Positions 18,825 through 27,958 of a stretch of 64,000 nucleotides of DNA are shown here, piece after piece; position 1 is the stretch's first letter, and every line of letters starts with the position of its first letter. The notes under the pieces were generated by a model. It searched no databases, was not told the DNA's origin, and was given only the letters and a program-made list of their open reading frames with translations. A program made the translations under genes and the position numbers. The stretch lies in the sequence record NC_021529.2; one strand, 5' to 3'.

Positions 18825-21800
18825 TTAACTTATTAATGATTCGAGTCTTGCAAGTCGCTCTTCTAGTGCTTCACGCTTGCGCTTCTCTTCTTTGATGCCT
18901 TCGATCAAAAGACCAACCATGTTTCCGTATGCTACTGAATACATACCATCATCATCTTCGATTACTGCTTCAGGTAGTACTTTTAGAACTTCTTGAGCAA
19001 TAACACCCGTTTGACGTTCTTCGATATCGGTACGGTCATATGTGTAACCGTTTAGTTCATCAATCTTATCAAGCGGGTTAACGATTTTCTCAACATTTGT
19101 CTTCAAACGTGAATCTGAGTATGCAGTTACGTTACCGGATGCAGTCAATGCGCCAGTAACAGTCACACCAGCAGATGTTGTTTCTATCCTATTGGCACTG
19201 TTGTAATACAGACGAACACCAGCATTTTCAGTCATCTGAACAGCCCAGTCGCCATTCTGATCATCGTAAATACCACACGTCGCGCCGTCTGTCATGAACG
19301 ACCAGATACCCTCGTTTGCAGAGTTTGATATCTGCAAACCACCCCATGCAGAAGTAGAACTCTTAATCATCAACAAGTCAGTACGGTCAGTTGATTCATT
19401 TAGAACAACTTCACCACCAAGCTTCAATTCATTGATGATCATCCCGGTGCCATAGTACCACCCACCAGTTGAGATTCGCGCAACGGGTGAATCGAAGTTT
19501 GAGAATAACCAACCACTCAGACCACTACCACTAGCACGGAAACGACACCAGTAACCAGCGACACCAGTATCGCTCCTAATCTGCATCAGATTTTGATAGC
19601 CGCTGTTAGATACGCCTAAAGCAGCACCATCTGCGTTTAATGTTCCGTTTGTAATCGTACTGCTTCCGCTTGTCTTCACATACTGAGTATCGTGAGTGTG
19701 CGAATCGTTTGCAACAGCAGCCGTCAATGTTACATTAGACCCACCATTGATTGATACAGAACCAGATAGATCGCCAGCTAATGTCAGAGTACGCGCAGTA
19801 GTCCACGTGTCTGCATTTGGGTGATAGTGATTGCTATATCCAGTTCGCCACCCAGGAGAATAAGTCGAACCGTTGTCAATGTATATAAACTCGCGGCGTG
19901 TATTACCACCGCCTGAGCTAGTAGTCGCCGTTGTAACTCTAATCGTACACCCGGTTTGCGATTTGCCGATTACTTCAATGACTGAACCAGCAGTTCCGAA
20001 TTTGCCAACACCGGTGTCAACCACAACTTGAGCAGCATACGACCAAGAACCACGACAAACCCAATATTGAGTTGAAAATGCACCTTTAGTATTCAACAGA
20101 GATAAAAATTCAGCAGTAGTTACAGCTTGACCAGTACCAAACGATATGTTTGCATCACCTTCAGCTCCAGTCAGTTCTTCAGGAGACCATGACACGTTAG
20201 CAGTACCGTCAAATGACTTTGCAGTATTTCCGATAGTGAACGTTCTTGATGTTAGCAACTTAGTTGCAGATGATGCATTGCCACTAAGAGCCCCGGTGAA
20301 TGTAGGTGCAGTTACAGTGTGTAGAAATGTAGCTGTACCGTTTTCATTCAATCTAAAGTCTTCAGTGCCACCATTGTATCTAAATGCCATAACACCATTC
20401 TGGTGATCTAGCTGCCAGTAGTTGTCGCTGTATGTCGAATCCATCAAGTTCAACTGAACGTTAGTATGGCGAATTGTCACCTGACCATTAATCGTCCCAC
20501 CTGTATCAGAGCGCAAGAGCTGTGTACTTTGTAGACCATCAAGTAGGTCTGCATCAAGACCACTACCAGAACCATCATTGCCAGCATGCCATACTGCATT
20601 TCCTCTATACGTGATAGAACCACTTGAGAAATTCAATAAATTAACGGGCGCACCCGCACTCATGTATCTGAAGGTATATGCTGACGAATCACCATCATCA
20701 TCGTTATTATGAGTGAAGAATAATTCAGTATCTGTCAGATGTACAGTTACGTTATCGTCTTGTCCAGTCTGAGCGAAGCTGTTTCGCTGTATTCTAAATG
20801 GAGTCGAACCATCATTAGTGTTTACGTTAAAGCCAGCAGCGCGGTTTACTGTCACCGGAAGAGTGACATTACCTGAACCATCTATAGCAACAGAACCAGA
20901 CACGTCACCAGATAGGCTAATTGTACGTGCAGTAGTCCACTTGTCTGCATTTGGGTGATACTCATCATCAAATACAGCAACCCAATCACCAGCAGTTGTT
21001 GCTATTGTACTTTGCCACCATAGACGCTGTGTGTTTTGACCGACTGCAAGGTTCATCGAGTAACCATTTGCATTATTATGCTCAGTATGGATACCCCATA
21101 GCCATCCAGTTTCACCTGCTGGTCTGCCTGTTACTGATGCGCCAACGTCAATGAACCCACTTCGAGTTATATCAGACACATCACCAGACGTATATTGCAT
21201 TGATCCACGAAGACCATTACTTGTACCACCAAACCCATAGATGATATTCGTAGCGTTTGCGTTTGTGTTTGGCAGTGTCAAGAAACCAGTCATTGCGTCG
21301 CCAGTAACATTCACAAATCTAGCATCTGATTCTGTTTCAGTATAGTAACGACCATCGTGCGTGTGTGAGTCATTGCCAACAACTGTAGATAATGTCACAT
21401 TAGAGCTACCATCAATCGAAACTGAACCAGTAACATCACCTGAAAGCGTCAACGTACGAGCTGTTGTCCATTTATCAGCTTCTGGGTGAAACTCTGTGTG
21501 ATATAGAGTTGACCAATCATCCCAAACACCACCGTATCGTGTTCTGAACGATATTGTACCGTTGCCAGCAGATGTCCCGTATGGTATTGCTAGTTGAGTA
21601 AGATTGCCAGATGTTCCATATGTGTAATTCTGTAGATACCAATACCCAGTTCCGTTTGGCGGCAAGTTAATAGCAGTGCTACCAACGATTTTATAATACG
21701 TACCTGCCTGAGTTAGCGCATCAAGATCTGACGTTGTATCGCCACCGTTATCAGTTTTACCCGTTGCTCGATAATTTGAATTAGACGCACTTATACCAAC

Positions 21801-22388
21801 TTCTTCAAATGTAGTATGGTTCGGTAGAACAGCATTTATCGTAACGTTTGATGTGCCGTCGATTGATACCGACCCAGTCACTTCACCTGCTAATGTCAGC
21901 GTACGTGCAGTTGTCCATTTATCTGCATTTGGGTGATAGTTGTCTGCAAAAATTCTCTGAGTTGTGTTTAAGTACCCAATACCATTAACAACGATATTGT
22001 TGTTTGAACGAGAACCGTACATTACAACATTTTCAACACCACTTTCACGCCTGATTAATTGCCACTGATTTACAGTACCGTCATAGTGATAACGAACACC
22101 ATGATTTCCATTATCTTCAGTCAAATACAAACTAGCATCTGTGTTCGCAAAGCTGCTTAAATGCAATTGTGCTGATGATTTATAAATCGTCAAATCACCG
22201 CTCATCGTATCACCAGCAAGTTTTACAACTGCTTCTGTCAAGTCTGTGTGGGGATCTGGCTTGTCGTTTTCTGTGTATAGCTTGTATCCGTTGTAAAGTA
22301 CAGTTTCGCCTTGTGGATCGAAACGTAAATTACCTCCGTGCCATACTATATTACCGCCAATTGCGGTTGTTGAGCGTAATTCTGCCAT
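18825..22388 (-). CDS. Paralogous tail fibre with S74 chaperone
   Basis: Identical N-terminal 27 aa, 4 repeats, SDSRLKTN..GVIAQE; CATAAATA promoter. Confidence 0.9.
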   Translation of the reverse strand: MAELRSTTAIGGNIVWHGGNLRFDPQGETVLYNGYKLYTENDKPDPHTDLTEAVVKLAGDTMSGDLTIYKSSAQLHLSSFANTDASLYLTEDNGNHGVRYHYDGTVNQWQLIRRESGVENVVMYGSRSNNNIVVNGIGYLNTTQRIFADNYHPNADKWTTARTLTLAGEVTGSVSIDGTSNVTINAVLPNHTTFEEVGISASNSNYRATGKTDNGGDTTSDLDALTQAGTYYKIVGSTAINLPPNGTGYWYLQNYTYGTSGNLTQLAIPYGTSAGNGTISFRTRYGGVWDDWSTLYHTEFHPEADKWTTARTLTLSGDVTGSVSIDGSSNVTLSTVVGNDSHTHDGRYYTETESDARFVNVTGDAMTGFLTLPNTNANATNIIYGFGGTSNGLRGSMQYTSGDVSDITRSGFIDVGASVTGRPAGETGWLWGIHTEHNNANGYSMNLAVGQNTQRLWWQSTIATTAGDWVAVFDDEYHPNADKWTTARTISLSGDVSGSVAIDGSGNVTLPVTVNRAAGFNVNTNDGSTPFRIQRNSFAQTGQDDNVTVHLTDTELFFTHNNDDDGDSSAYTFRYMSAGAPVNLLNFSSGSITYRGNAVWHAGNDGSGSGLDADLLDGLQSTQLLRSDTGGTINGQVTIRHTNVQLNLMDSTYSDNYWQLDHQNGVMAFRYNGGTEDFRLNENGTATFLHTVTAPTFTGALSGNASSATKLLTSRTFTIGNTAKSFDGTANVSWSPEELTGAEGDANISFGTGQAVTTAEFLSLLNTKGAFSTQYWVCRGSWSYAAQVVVDTGVGKFGTAGSVIEVIGKSQTGCTIRVTTATTSSGGGNTRREFIYIDNGSTYSPGWRTGYSNHYHPNADTWTTARTLTLAGDLSGSVSINGGSNVTLTAAVANDSHTHDTQYVKTSGSSTITNGTLNADGAALGVSNSGYQNLMQIRSDTGVAGYWCRFRASGSGLSGWLFSNFDSPVARISTGGWYYGTGMIINELKLGGEVVLNESTDRTDLLMIKSSTSAWGGLQISNSANEGIWSFMTDGATCGIYDDQNGDWAVQMTENAGVRLYYNSANRIETTSAGVTVTGALTASGNVTAYSDSRLKTNVEKIVNPLDKIDELNGYTYDRTDIEERQTGVIAQEVLKVLPEAVIEDDDGMYSVAYGNMVGLLIEGIKEEKRKREALEERLARLESLIS

Positions 22389-22477
22389 TATTATTCATTC
22401 CATCATTGAAATAGTATATGACAGTATTTATGCAAATAAAAAAGGCGCCACTAGGGCGCCAAAAATATTCAAATGAT

Positions 22478-22783
22478 TCAACTGAAAATTTCAACAAGAA
22501 ATGACAATCCAGCAGTCTCTATGAGTCGTTGAATCGCAACATCATTGTTTTCAAAAGTATTTGCGTACAACTCAATAAAACAAGCTTCACCGATATGTGG
22601 CAAAGCACCTTCATAATTCCCGATAGACGCTCTGCCGTCTTCAACACGAATATAGTTCCCATCGACTCCACCTTTATAGAACAAATAGCTGCCTCGATTG
22701 CAACGAGTTGCCTCATCCAATGTCCACTTATCGACAGAACGTTCGGTTATTCGTTTCCAGTCTTCAAATTCGTCGCGTGTCAT
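22478..22783 (-). CDS. Hypothetical protein
   Basis: ORF with GGAGG SD. Confidence 0.65.
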   Translation of the reverse strand: MTRDEFEDWKRITERSVDKWTLDEATRCNRGSYLFYKGGVDGNYIRVEDGRASIGNYEGALPHIGEACFIELYANTFENNDVAIQRLIETAGLSFLVEIFS

Positions 22784-22838
22784 AATATGTCCTCCGTTTG
22801 ATTTACAAGAAGTATATCACGCAGAGAGCATATTGCAA

Positions 22839-23363
22839 CTATTTTCTTCGACTTGCTTTATTTGCTTTTCGTTTCGCTCTTCTAAGCTCTTTACGTTTAG
22901 CAATCTTATCAGCACGTCGAACAGCATCATAATCCGCTGCACAAGACGCTGCAAACGCATCTGGCTTGAATACGGGCTCTTGACCCACATAACCCAGAAT
23001 AGTTCCCTTAGCTTCGTTATACGCGATATGAGACCGGTGTGCAGGGTCTGGGTTGATATCGACGTGAACTTCGAAGCCTCGCGGGCCACACATTGGTTTA
23101 ACTCTCAGTGCAGTTTCACCAGCTTTATAAACTTCAGTCATCAAACGACTTCGAATACCATCTTTGCTAGACATATAAGCAGGTTCAGTTTCGACAGATT
23201 TGAAAACTTGAGCACCTTTACTACCTTCAAGATGTATGATTATCACAGTAGCGTAACTGATCATGTCACTTTTACGCTTGCTATCACACCCGACGTATAT
23301 AGTACTATTCGGATGACTGTTGTTGATAGCTGTTTCTATTGCTTCCCAATCGAACATTTTCAC
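22839..23363 (-). CDS. RNase H-like YkuK (DUF458) family protein
   Basis: IYVGCDS, RLMTEV, EVHVDIN, KPDAFAAS.AAD. Confidence 0.8.
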   Translation of the reverse strand: MKMFDWEAIETAINNSHPNSTIYVGCDSKRKSDMISYATVIIIHLEGSKGAQVFKSVETEPAYMSSKDGIRSRLMTEVYKAGETALRVKPMCGPRGFEVHVDINPDPAHRSHIAYNEAKGTILGYVGQEPVFKPDAFAASCAADYDAVRRADKIAKRKELRRAKRKANKASRRK

Positions 23364-23409
23364 CTCTATTCAAAACAAAAAAGGGCAGCATAATGCCACC
23401 CTTAGTCAA

Positions 23410-24846
23410 TTAAAAACTGTATCGGTCAACGCCGACAGTTTTCAGCATGATCTTGACTGGCTCAAGTTCACCACCTAACAGTGAAGTTAGAATTGATGGA
23501 CTACAACCCGAAACCAGTGCAGTACCTGCTTCACCTGATTTAACAGGAACGTTGTCTAAACGACCGCGAATGTTCCAGAACACTAGTTGAGGCATTTCAT
23601 AACCAGCACGTGCGTACTTAGCTTTGATTGCGTCAAAGTTTGCAACTTCGCCACGACCATACCAACCACCACCGGTGTTTGCTTGATCGAATTCCATGTC
23701 ACTCATGATAAGCAACTTGGTTGGCATATCTTCTTGTGAAAGATTTGCACGACTCGCACGCTCTAAAAGAACGTCGAAACATTTCCCGATGTTAGTGCTC
23801 ATGTCTTCGCCTGAGCGATTCATGTTGTCAAGACGCTCTTTTAGTGAGCTACCGCGCAACTGGTGGAAGTGCGGATTACTTGAGAACGAAATGAATTGAT
23901 CTTTGAAGATACCTTCATTGCGCTCAGCAACGTAAATGCCTAGAGACATTGCTACTTGCTTACAAGTAACTGCGTTAGCAGCGTGTACACCGTTGATCGG
24001 CGTGCTCATAGAGCCAGACACGTCTACAACAGGGATGATACGCTCATCAGAGCCTTCCATGTAGTTCGGTAGAGCTTTCCATTGCTCGTTCGCTACAGAT
24101 GCGTTACCGCGTTCTACGCTTTTAACAACATCGTATGGGAACAATGCACCAGCGTTGATCTTCGCTTCGCCTTTTTGAAGTGATTCGATGTAGTTTGTGT
24201 AACGAGTTTCAGCGTTACGACCAAATGCTTTTTGATAACGAGCAGACGCTACAGAAGGCAACTTACCGAAGTCGATTGCATCCCAATCTTTCGCACACAT
24301 CTTTTGTTCAACAGTGTCAGACAAAAGAGCAAGAATCTTACGCCACTGCTTAGAAGTCACGCCAAGAGACTTGATTGTGCGCTTGAACACGTGACCGTTT
24401 TTGCTGTTTTCGCGAGGGAACCACTTAGCAGCAAGACCATTCTTGTCGTTGACAATCGCATTTGACCACATAGTGATCGCGTCTTTTTCAAGTTTAGTAC
24501 CGAAAGCAACGATTAAGTCATCGAAACGACCTAATTCTGGTACTTTTGACATTACAGCTCGTGCCACTTCTGGCTGTTCATTACAAAGTTTAGCGAACAA
24601 AGTACGGAAAGTACCACGTTCACCCGCACCACCTCGAACGTCACGAGACCATAGCAAGATGCGAGTCGCTAGTTCTGGGTTTTCTGCAAACGCACGACCG
24701 AACAGTGTTTTAGACTGATCGTTGCCACGCATAGCAGCAATACCGAAGAACAAGTTTAGACACTCGTTACCTGAAGTGCTGTGGGTAACTGCACCGTTTG
24801 CTGTACGTGAATCGTTTGATTGCATAGCGTTCATAAATGCTGACAT
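23410..24846 (-). CDS. DUF2828-type helical + vWA protein (Ro60/TROVE-like architecture)
   Basis: RDVRGGAGER, GRFDD, AAKWFPRE, VVDVSGSM MIDAS, SDMEFD, VFWN; GAGG SD before ATG 24846. Confidence 0.8.
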   Translation of the reverse strand: MSAFMNAMQSNDSRTANGAVTHSTSGNECLNLFFGIAAMRGNDQSKTLFGRAFAENPELATRILLWSRDVRGGAGERGTFRTLFAKLCNEQPEVARAVMSKVPELGRFDDLIVAFGTKLEKDAITMWSNAIVNDKNGLAAKWFPRENSKNGHVFKRTIKSLGVTSKQWRKILALLSDTVEQKMCAKDWDAIDFGKLPSVASARYQKAFGRNAETRYTNYIESLQKGEAKINAGALFPYDVVKSVERGNASVANEQWKALPNYMEGSDERIIPVVDVSGSMSTPINGVHAANAVTCKQVAMSLGIYVAERNEGIFKDQFISFSSNPHFHQLRGSSLKERLDNMNRSGEDMSTNIGKCFDVLLERASRANLSQEDMPTKLLIMSDMEFDQANTGGGWYGRGEVANFDAIKAKYARAGYEMPQLVFWNIRGRLDNVPVKSGEAGTALVSGCSPSILTSLLGGELEPVKIMLKTVGVDRYSF

Positions 24847-24882
24847 TGTTGATTTCCTCATATTAATTTGCTGTATAATGTC
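24842..24882 (-). promoter_or_regulatory. 5' UTR hairpin with ACAGCAA motif enclosing the SD and start codon
   Basis: GACATT-ATACAGCAAATTAAT-ATGAGG-AAATCAAC-AATGTC. Confidence 0.7.
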
Positions 24883-24894
24883 GTTGATGTGATG

Positions 24895-24923
24895 ATTATA
24901 CACGGGTTTAAACCCGTATAAAC
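24895..24923 (-). promoter_or_regulatory. T4-like early promoter with a palindromic spacer
   Basis: GTTTAT-17-TATAAT; ACGGGTTTAAACCCGT at 24902-24917. Confidence 0.7.
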
Positions 24924-24929
24924 ATCTTT

Positions 24930-25247
24930 TTAATTAAATTTCGGATGACGAATCATCATAGCACTGTTTTCGTAAATTTCGATGTTGATTACGCCAGATG
25001 TTTCATACTGAGTTCGAACATTACGATACCCGTGTGCGTCTAGCAATGATCGTACAATCGAAGCACCGCGCTTGTCTTTGTCAGATGCATGAATCGGCAC
25101 AGATATTGTGAACGGGAATGTGATATCTTCTTTCAACGCTTCAGTGAATGACAATTCACATGCGTCGCGATAGTGCTTATTCAACACAATATTGAGATCA
25201 CGCTCACGTTCGTTTATTTTCTGGCTTAACTGATCGTGTGTAATCAT
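24930..25247 (-). CDS. Hypothetical protein, paralogue of the neighbour
   Basis: FPFTISV...GYRNVRTQY. Confidence 0.65.
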   Translation of the reverse strand: MITHDQLSQKINERERDLNIVLNKHYRDACELSFTEALKEDITFPFTISVPIHASDKDKRGASIVRSLLDAHGYRNVRTQYETSGVINIEIYENSAMMIRHPKFN

Positions 25248-25576
25248 TGTTCAACTCTCTTGTGATTCTTATTGATGGTGATCTGAACATACGAATAAGA
25301 CACGTCTCGAACGTCCCTCACATCACCGTTGTACTTACCGAATTGAGCTTTGAAATTTTCAAACCCTTCTCGACGCAACACGTCTTGAACAAGAGTCATC
25401 ATTTCATCACAGCATTCGTTGTATTGCAATCGAACTTGAATAGTTACAGGGAATGAAAACCCACCAACATTACTGATTCTACGTTCAATCGCAGCTCGAA
25501 CATCAGTAATGAACTTATCTTCTCGCGCTCGTCGATTGCTATCTACTTTCTGAATTAATGTGTCATACAAATTCAT
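25244..25576 (-). CDS. Hypothetical protein
   Basis: FPVTIQV...GFENFKAQF; ATGA overlaps. Confidence 0.65.
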   Translation of the reverse strand: MNLYDTLIQKVDSNRRAREDKFITDVRAAIERRISNVGGFSFPVTIQVRLQYNECCDEMMTLVQDVLRREGFENFKAQFGKYNGDVRDVRDVSYSYVQITINKNHKRVEQ

Positions 25577-25944
25577 AGATAATCCTTAATTGTCCCCGTG
25601 AAGTGACGAATACATGAGCTGTCAAGACGTTTTCGACCATCGCCTTCTACATCTGGTAGCGTATATTCATCGTTAAATGGTTGACCGCTTTCTTTTGCGA
25701 TCTCGTAAGCATCAGCTCGATTGAAGTACTCACCACAATAGTTGATGAATCCCTGTCCACGATCACCTAGCTCACTTCGGTGTTCAATCGTACAACCAAG
25801 CTCTTTGATTAGCTTAAAAACGCTTTGCATGTTTCGACCGAAGTGGCAGCTATCAGCTACTACAACTTCACGTTTTTCACCGTTTGGTAATGTAACTCGA
25901 ATTGCGTTTGCAGCAGCAGAGATCACATTGACGTGTTCTGACAT
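25573..25944 (-). CDS. Conserved phage hypothetical protein
   Basis: QGF...GEYFNRA.AYEIA..SGQ pattern. Confidence 0.7.
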   Translation of the reverse strand: MSEHVNVISAAANAIRVTLPNGEKREVVVADSCHFGRNMQSVFKLIKELGCTIEHRSELGDRGQGFINYCGEYFNRADAYEIAKESGQPFNDEYTLPDVEGDGRKRLDSSCIRHFTGTIKDYL

Positions 25945-26282
25945 GAATCATACCTCATAAAAATAGAACCAACACGCTTGTATTGATCAGTGTTCATTAA
26001 TAGACGTGCCATTTTAGTGTGAGCAACTGGATTACTCGTCACTAGAATTACAGTCTTTGGATAATTGCCATGATCAATTGCATGAGATAAAATGTGATAT
26101 CCCTCATGACCTAGTGCATCGCCTAAGTCATTGTCCATGAATAATGTGATATCAGTTAGATTCGTGTGCTTGATGAATTTCATGCCTTCTTTATATGTTC
26201 GAAGAACTAGCTTTTCATCTTCACGAACTGTATCTGCGGTTAACTTATTAATGTCACGCAGATCATCGATCAATACATACAT
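25923..26282 (-). CDS. Cyclic-phosphate-processing receiver-like domain protein
   Basis: IDDLR, MDNDLG, GY, VTSNP. Confidence 0.65.
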   Translation of the reverse strand: MYVLIDDLRDINKLTADTVREDEKLVLRTYKEGMKFIKHTNLTDITLFMDNDLGDALGHEGYHILSHAIDHGNYPKTVILVTSNPVAHTKMARLLMNTDQYKRVGSIFMRYDSCQNTSM

Positions 26283-26343
26283 AATATTTCTCTTGCTTAT
26301 TGAATAAATACTATCATACAGTTCAAACAAAGAGAAGTCAACA

Positions 26344-26715
26344 ATGAATGATGAAAAAATCGTATCTTTTGAAGAATACCTAAATGAAGGGTGGTTTGAA
26401 AGACAATGGTCGCGTTATAAAGCAGGAGCCGACTCTAGAAGCATCAAGAAGCTCGCTAAGATGCATACAAAGCTTCTGCATATAGAACAGAAGGCAAAGC
26501 AAAACAAGTACCGCTACGACGTTGTGCGCTACAATTACGAGCATATTAAAATGAATGTGCTTGACGCGAAGCGACTTATCAACAAACTTCGATACAAGAA
26601 AGGAATTAGTCAAGAGCTAGTTCAGGCAATGGATAAACTAGATCTTGAATTGGATAGATTGAATGACTTTGCGGTCGAGGGATTGCATATGCTCATGATT
26701 AATCACAAGCTATAA
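26344..26715 (+). CDS. Late small protein, internal-protein-like
   Basis: AATAAATA about 26303; VSFEEYLNE motif; own terminator. Confidence 0.6.
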   Translation: MNDEKIVSFEEYLNEGWFERQWSRYKAGADSRSIKKLAKMHTKLLHIEQKAKQNKYRYDVVRYNYEHIKMNVLDAKRLINKLRYKKGISQELVQAMDKLDLELDRLNDFAVEGLHMLMINHKL

Positions 26716-26744
26716 GAAAGCCCCAATATGGGGCTTTTTTGTTT

Positions 26745-26957
26745 TCAGTGTGAGTGGCGTAACTTTTTCTCGATCATACGATCTACAATCGTGGAGTACA
26801 GTAAATGTTCTTTGTAATATTTCTCATCAACTCGGTTGCATTGGAATTGTCGAAAATCTTTGCGAAGACGTGCAATAAATTTATTAAGTGCTTTGCGTAC
26901 TTTGCAAACTTCAGATAGTTCCATGCTCTTTAGTGTTTCTTCAGAAAGTATTTCCAT
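26745..26957 (-). CDS. Hypothetical protein
   Basis: ORF with GAGGTG SD. Confidence 0.6.
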   Translation of the reverse strand: MEILSEETLKSMELSEVCKVRKALNKFIARLRKDFRQFQCNRVDEKYYKEHLLYSTIVDRMIEKKLRHSH

Positions 26958-26986
26958 GATTGTTCACCTCTTAGTTAATAGAATAC

Positions 26987-27031
26987 GGGAGACACGGGAA
27001 TCGAACCCATTGCCTTGACCACATATCTCCC
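26987..27031 (-). ncRNA. tRNA-like minihelix (acceptor + T arm, no anticodon arm)
   Basis: GGGAGAT/GTCTCCC and ATGGG-TTCGATT-CCCGT. Confidence 0.5.
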
Positions 27032-27053
27032 ACTGAGAAGTTACGCCAATCTG

Positions 27054-27278
27054 TTAATGTGCTAATCTCATCAAACGGCGCATACGTTCTCTTTCTGATA
27101 GCTCATCTAGATTTTCTGTTTTCACCTCTTTGACTTCTTCTGGCTGCTCATCGTCAGATGTTTTTTTCTTAGCATCTGGACCGATGTTGTCCCATAATGG
27201 GCTATTACGCCAGTTTTCGTTGTATCCGTTACCTAGCCCACGACCTTCGCGTGCGTGTGATTTTCTGTGTTGACTCAT
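27054..27278 (-). CDS. Small hypothetical protein
   Basis: ATGA-coupled to the upstream frameshifted ORF. Confidence 0.6.
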   Translation of the reverse strand: MSQHRKSHAREGRGLGNGYNENWRNSPLWDNIGPDAKKKTSDDEQPEEVKEVKTENLDELSERERMRRLMRLAH

Positions 27279-27474
27279 TCGTCGGAATTCTTCGTTACTT
27301 GTTTTACTACACCAGCGGCAGCAACAGCACCTGCTACTTTCGCACCCGTTTTCGCTTTCTTAGCTACAGACTTTGCTTTTGATTTCACCTTGTCACGCAG
27401 CTTACGTTTTTGTTATCGACTGGTTTCTTGTCTTCAATTTCCGACATGAATACGTCGAATGTTTTATCACTCAT
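27275..27474 (-). CDS. Internal-protein-like Lys/Ala-rich protein with a 1-nt frameshift in an A5 run
   Basis: MSDKTFDVFMSE... joins KRKLRDKVKSKAK...; TAAATA promoter 27507-27513. Confidence 0.5.
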
Positions 27475-27548
27475 GGCAATTCTCCATCTGTGTTTGAGTA
27501 TAACTGTATTTAGTATCAAAATAACTTAATTTGCAAACTCCATAAACA

Positions 27549-27572
27549 AAAAACCCGCTCAATGGCGGGTTC
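27549..27572 (-). terminator. Rho-independent terminator
   Basis: AACCCGC-CATTGA-GCGGGTT followed by a T run on the minus strand. Confidence 0.75.
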
Positions 27573-27587
27573 TAATGTGCAATCAAC

Positions 27588-27858
27588 AGACATTCGAGAA
27601 GTGTTTTTTCGTCTTTCCTTAAATCTCATTTGACTAGCTTGTTTCTTATACAAGCAAGCATTTGCGTATTCAGCGCAACGCCAATTCCGTTTAACGATAC
27701 GAAAATCGTCGAAGTCATTTCCTACTTCACGAGAACACCGTTCTCTTAGCTGTCAGGCTTACGTCATCACTGAGAATGCAGCTAGTACGCCCCGTTCGTT
27801 ACCGCTAGATAACTATTAATTTTAGCTTCTTTGATTAGAATATTGCTGTACAATGTCT
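27588..27858 (-). ncRNA. Long ACAGCAA-family structured RNA 1
   Basis: AGACATT/AATGTCT closing stem, TACAGCAA, GACGAAAAAACACTTC shared with 31537-31746. Confidence 0.6.
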
Positions 27859-27869
27859 TATTGCGAATT

Positions 27870-27958
27870 TGGCGGAGATACTGGGAGTCGAACCCAGAGA
27901 ACGCTATTAACGTCCGACACCTTAGCAGGGTGCTGTCATACCATTAGACCATATCTCC
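27870..27958 (-). tRNA. tRNA-Ser(GCT)
   Basis: Cloverleaf, loop CTGCTAA, long variable arm, CCA. Confidence 0.92.

Noticed and set aside
15517-22388. Diversity-generating retroelement or invertible shufflon in the fibres
   Set aside because: No reverse transcriptase, no invertase, and no adenine-specific TR/VR pair or inverted sites seen.
15718-22414. Plus-strand ORFs inside the tail fibres, and similar antisense ORFs in nrdA, gp52, gp7 and others
   Set aside because: Antisense shadows of well-supported genes.
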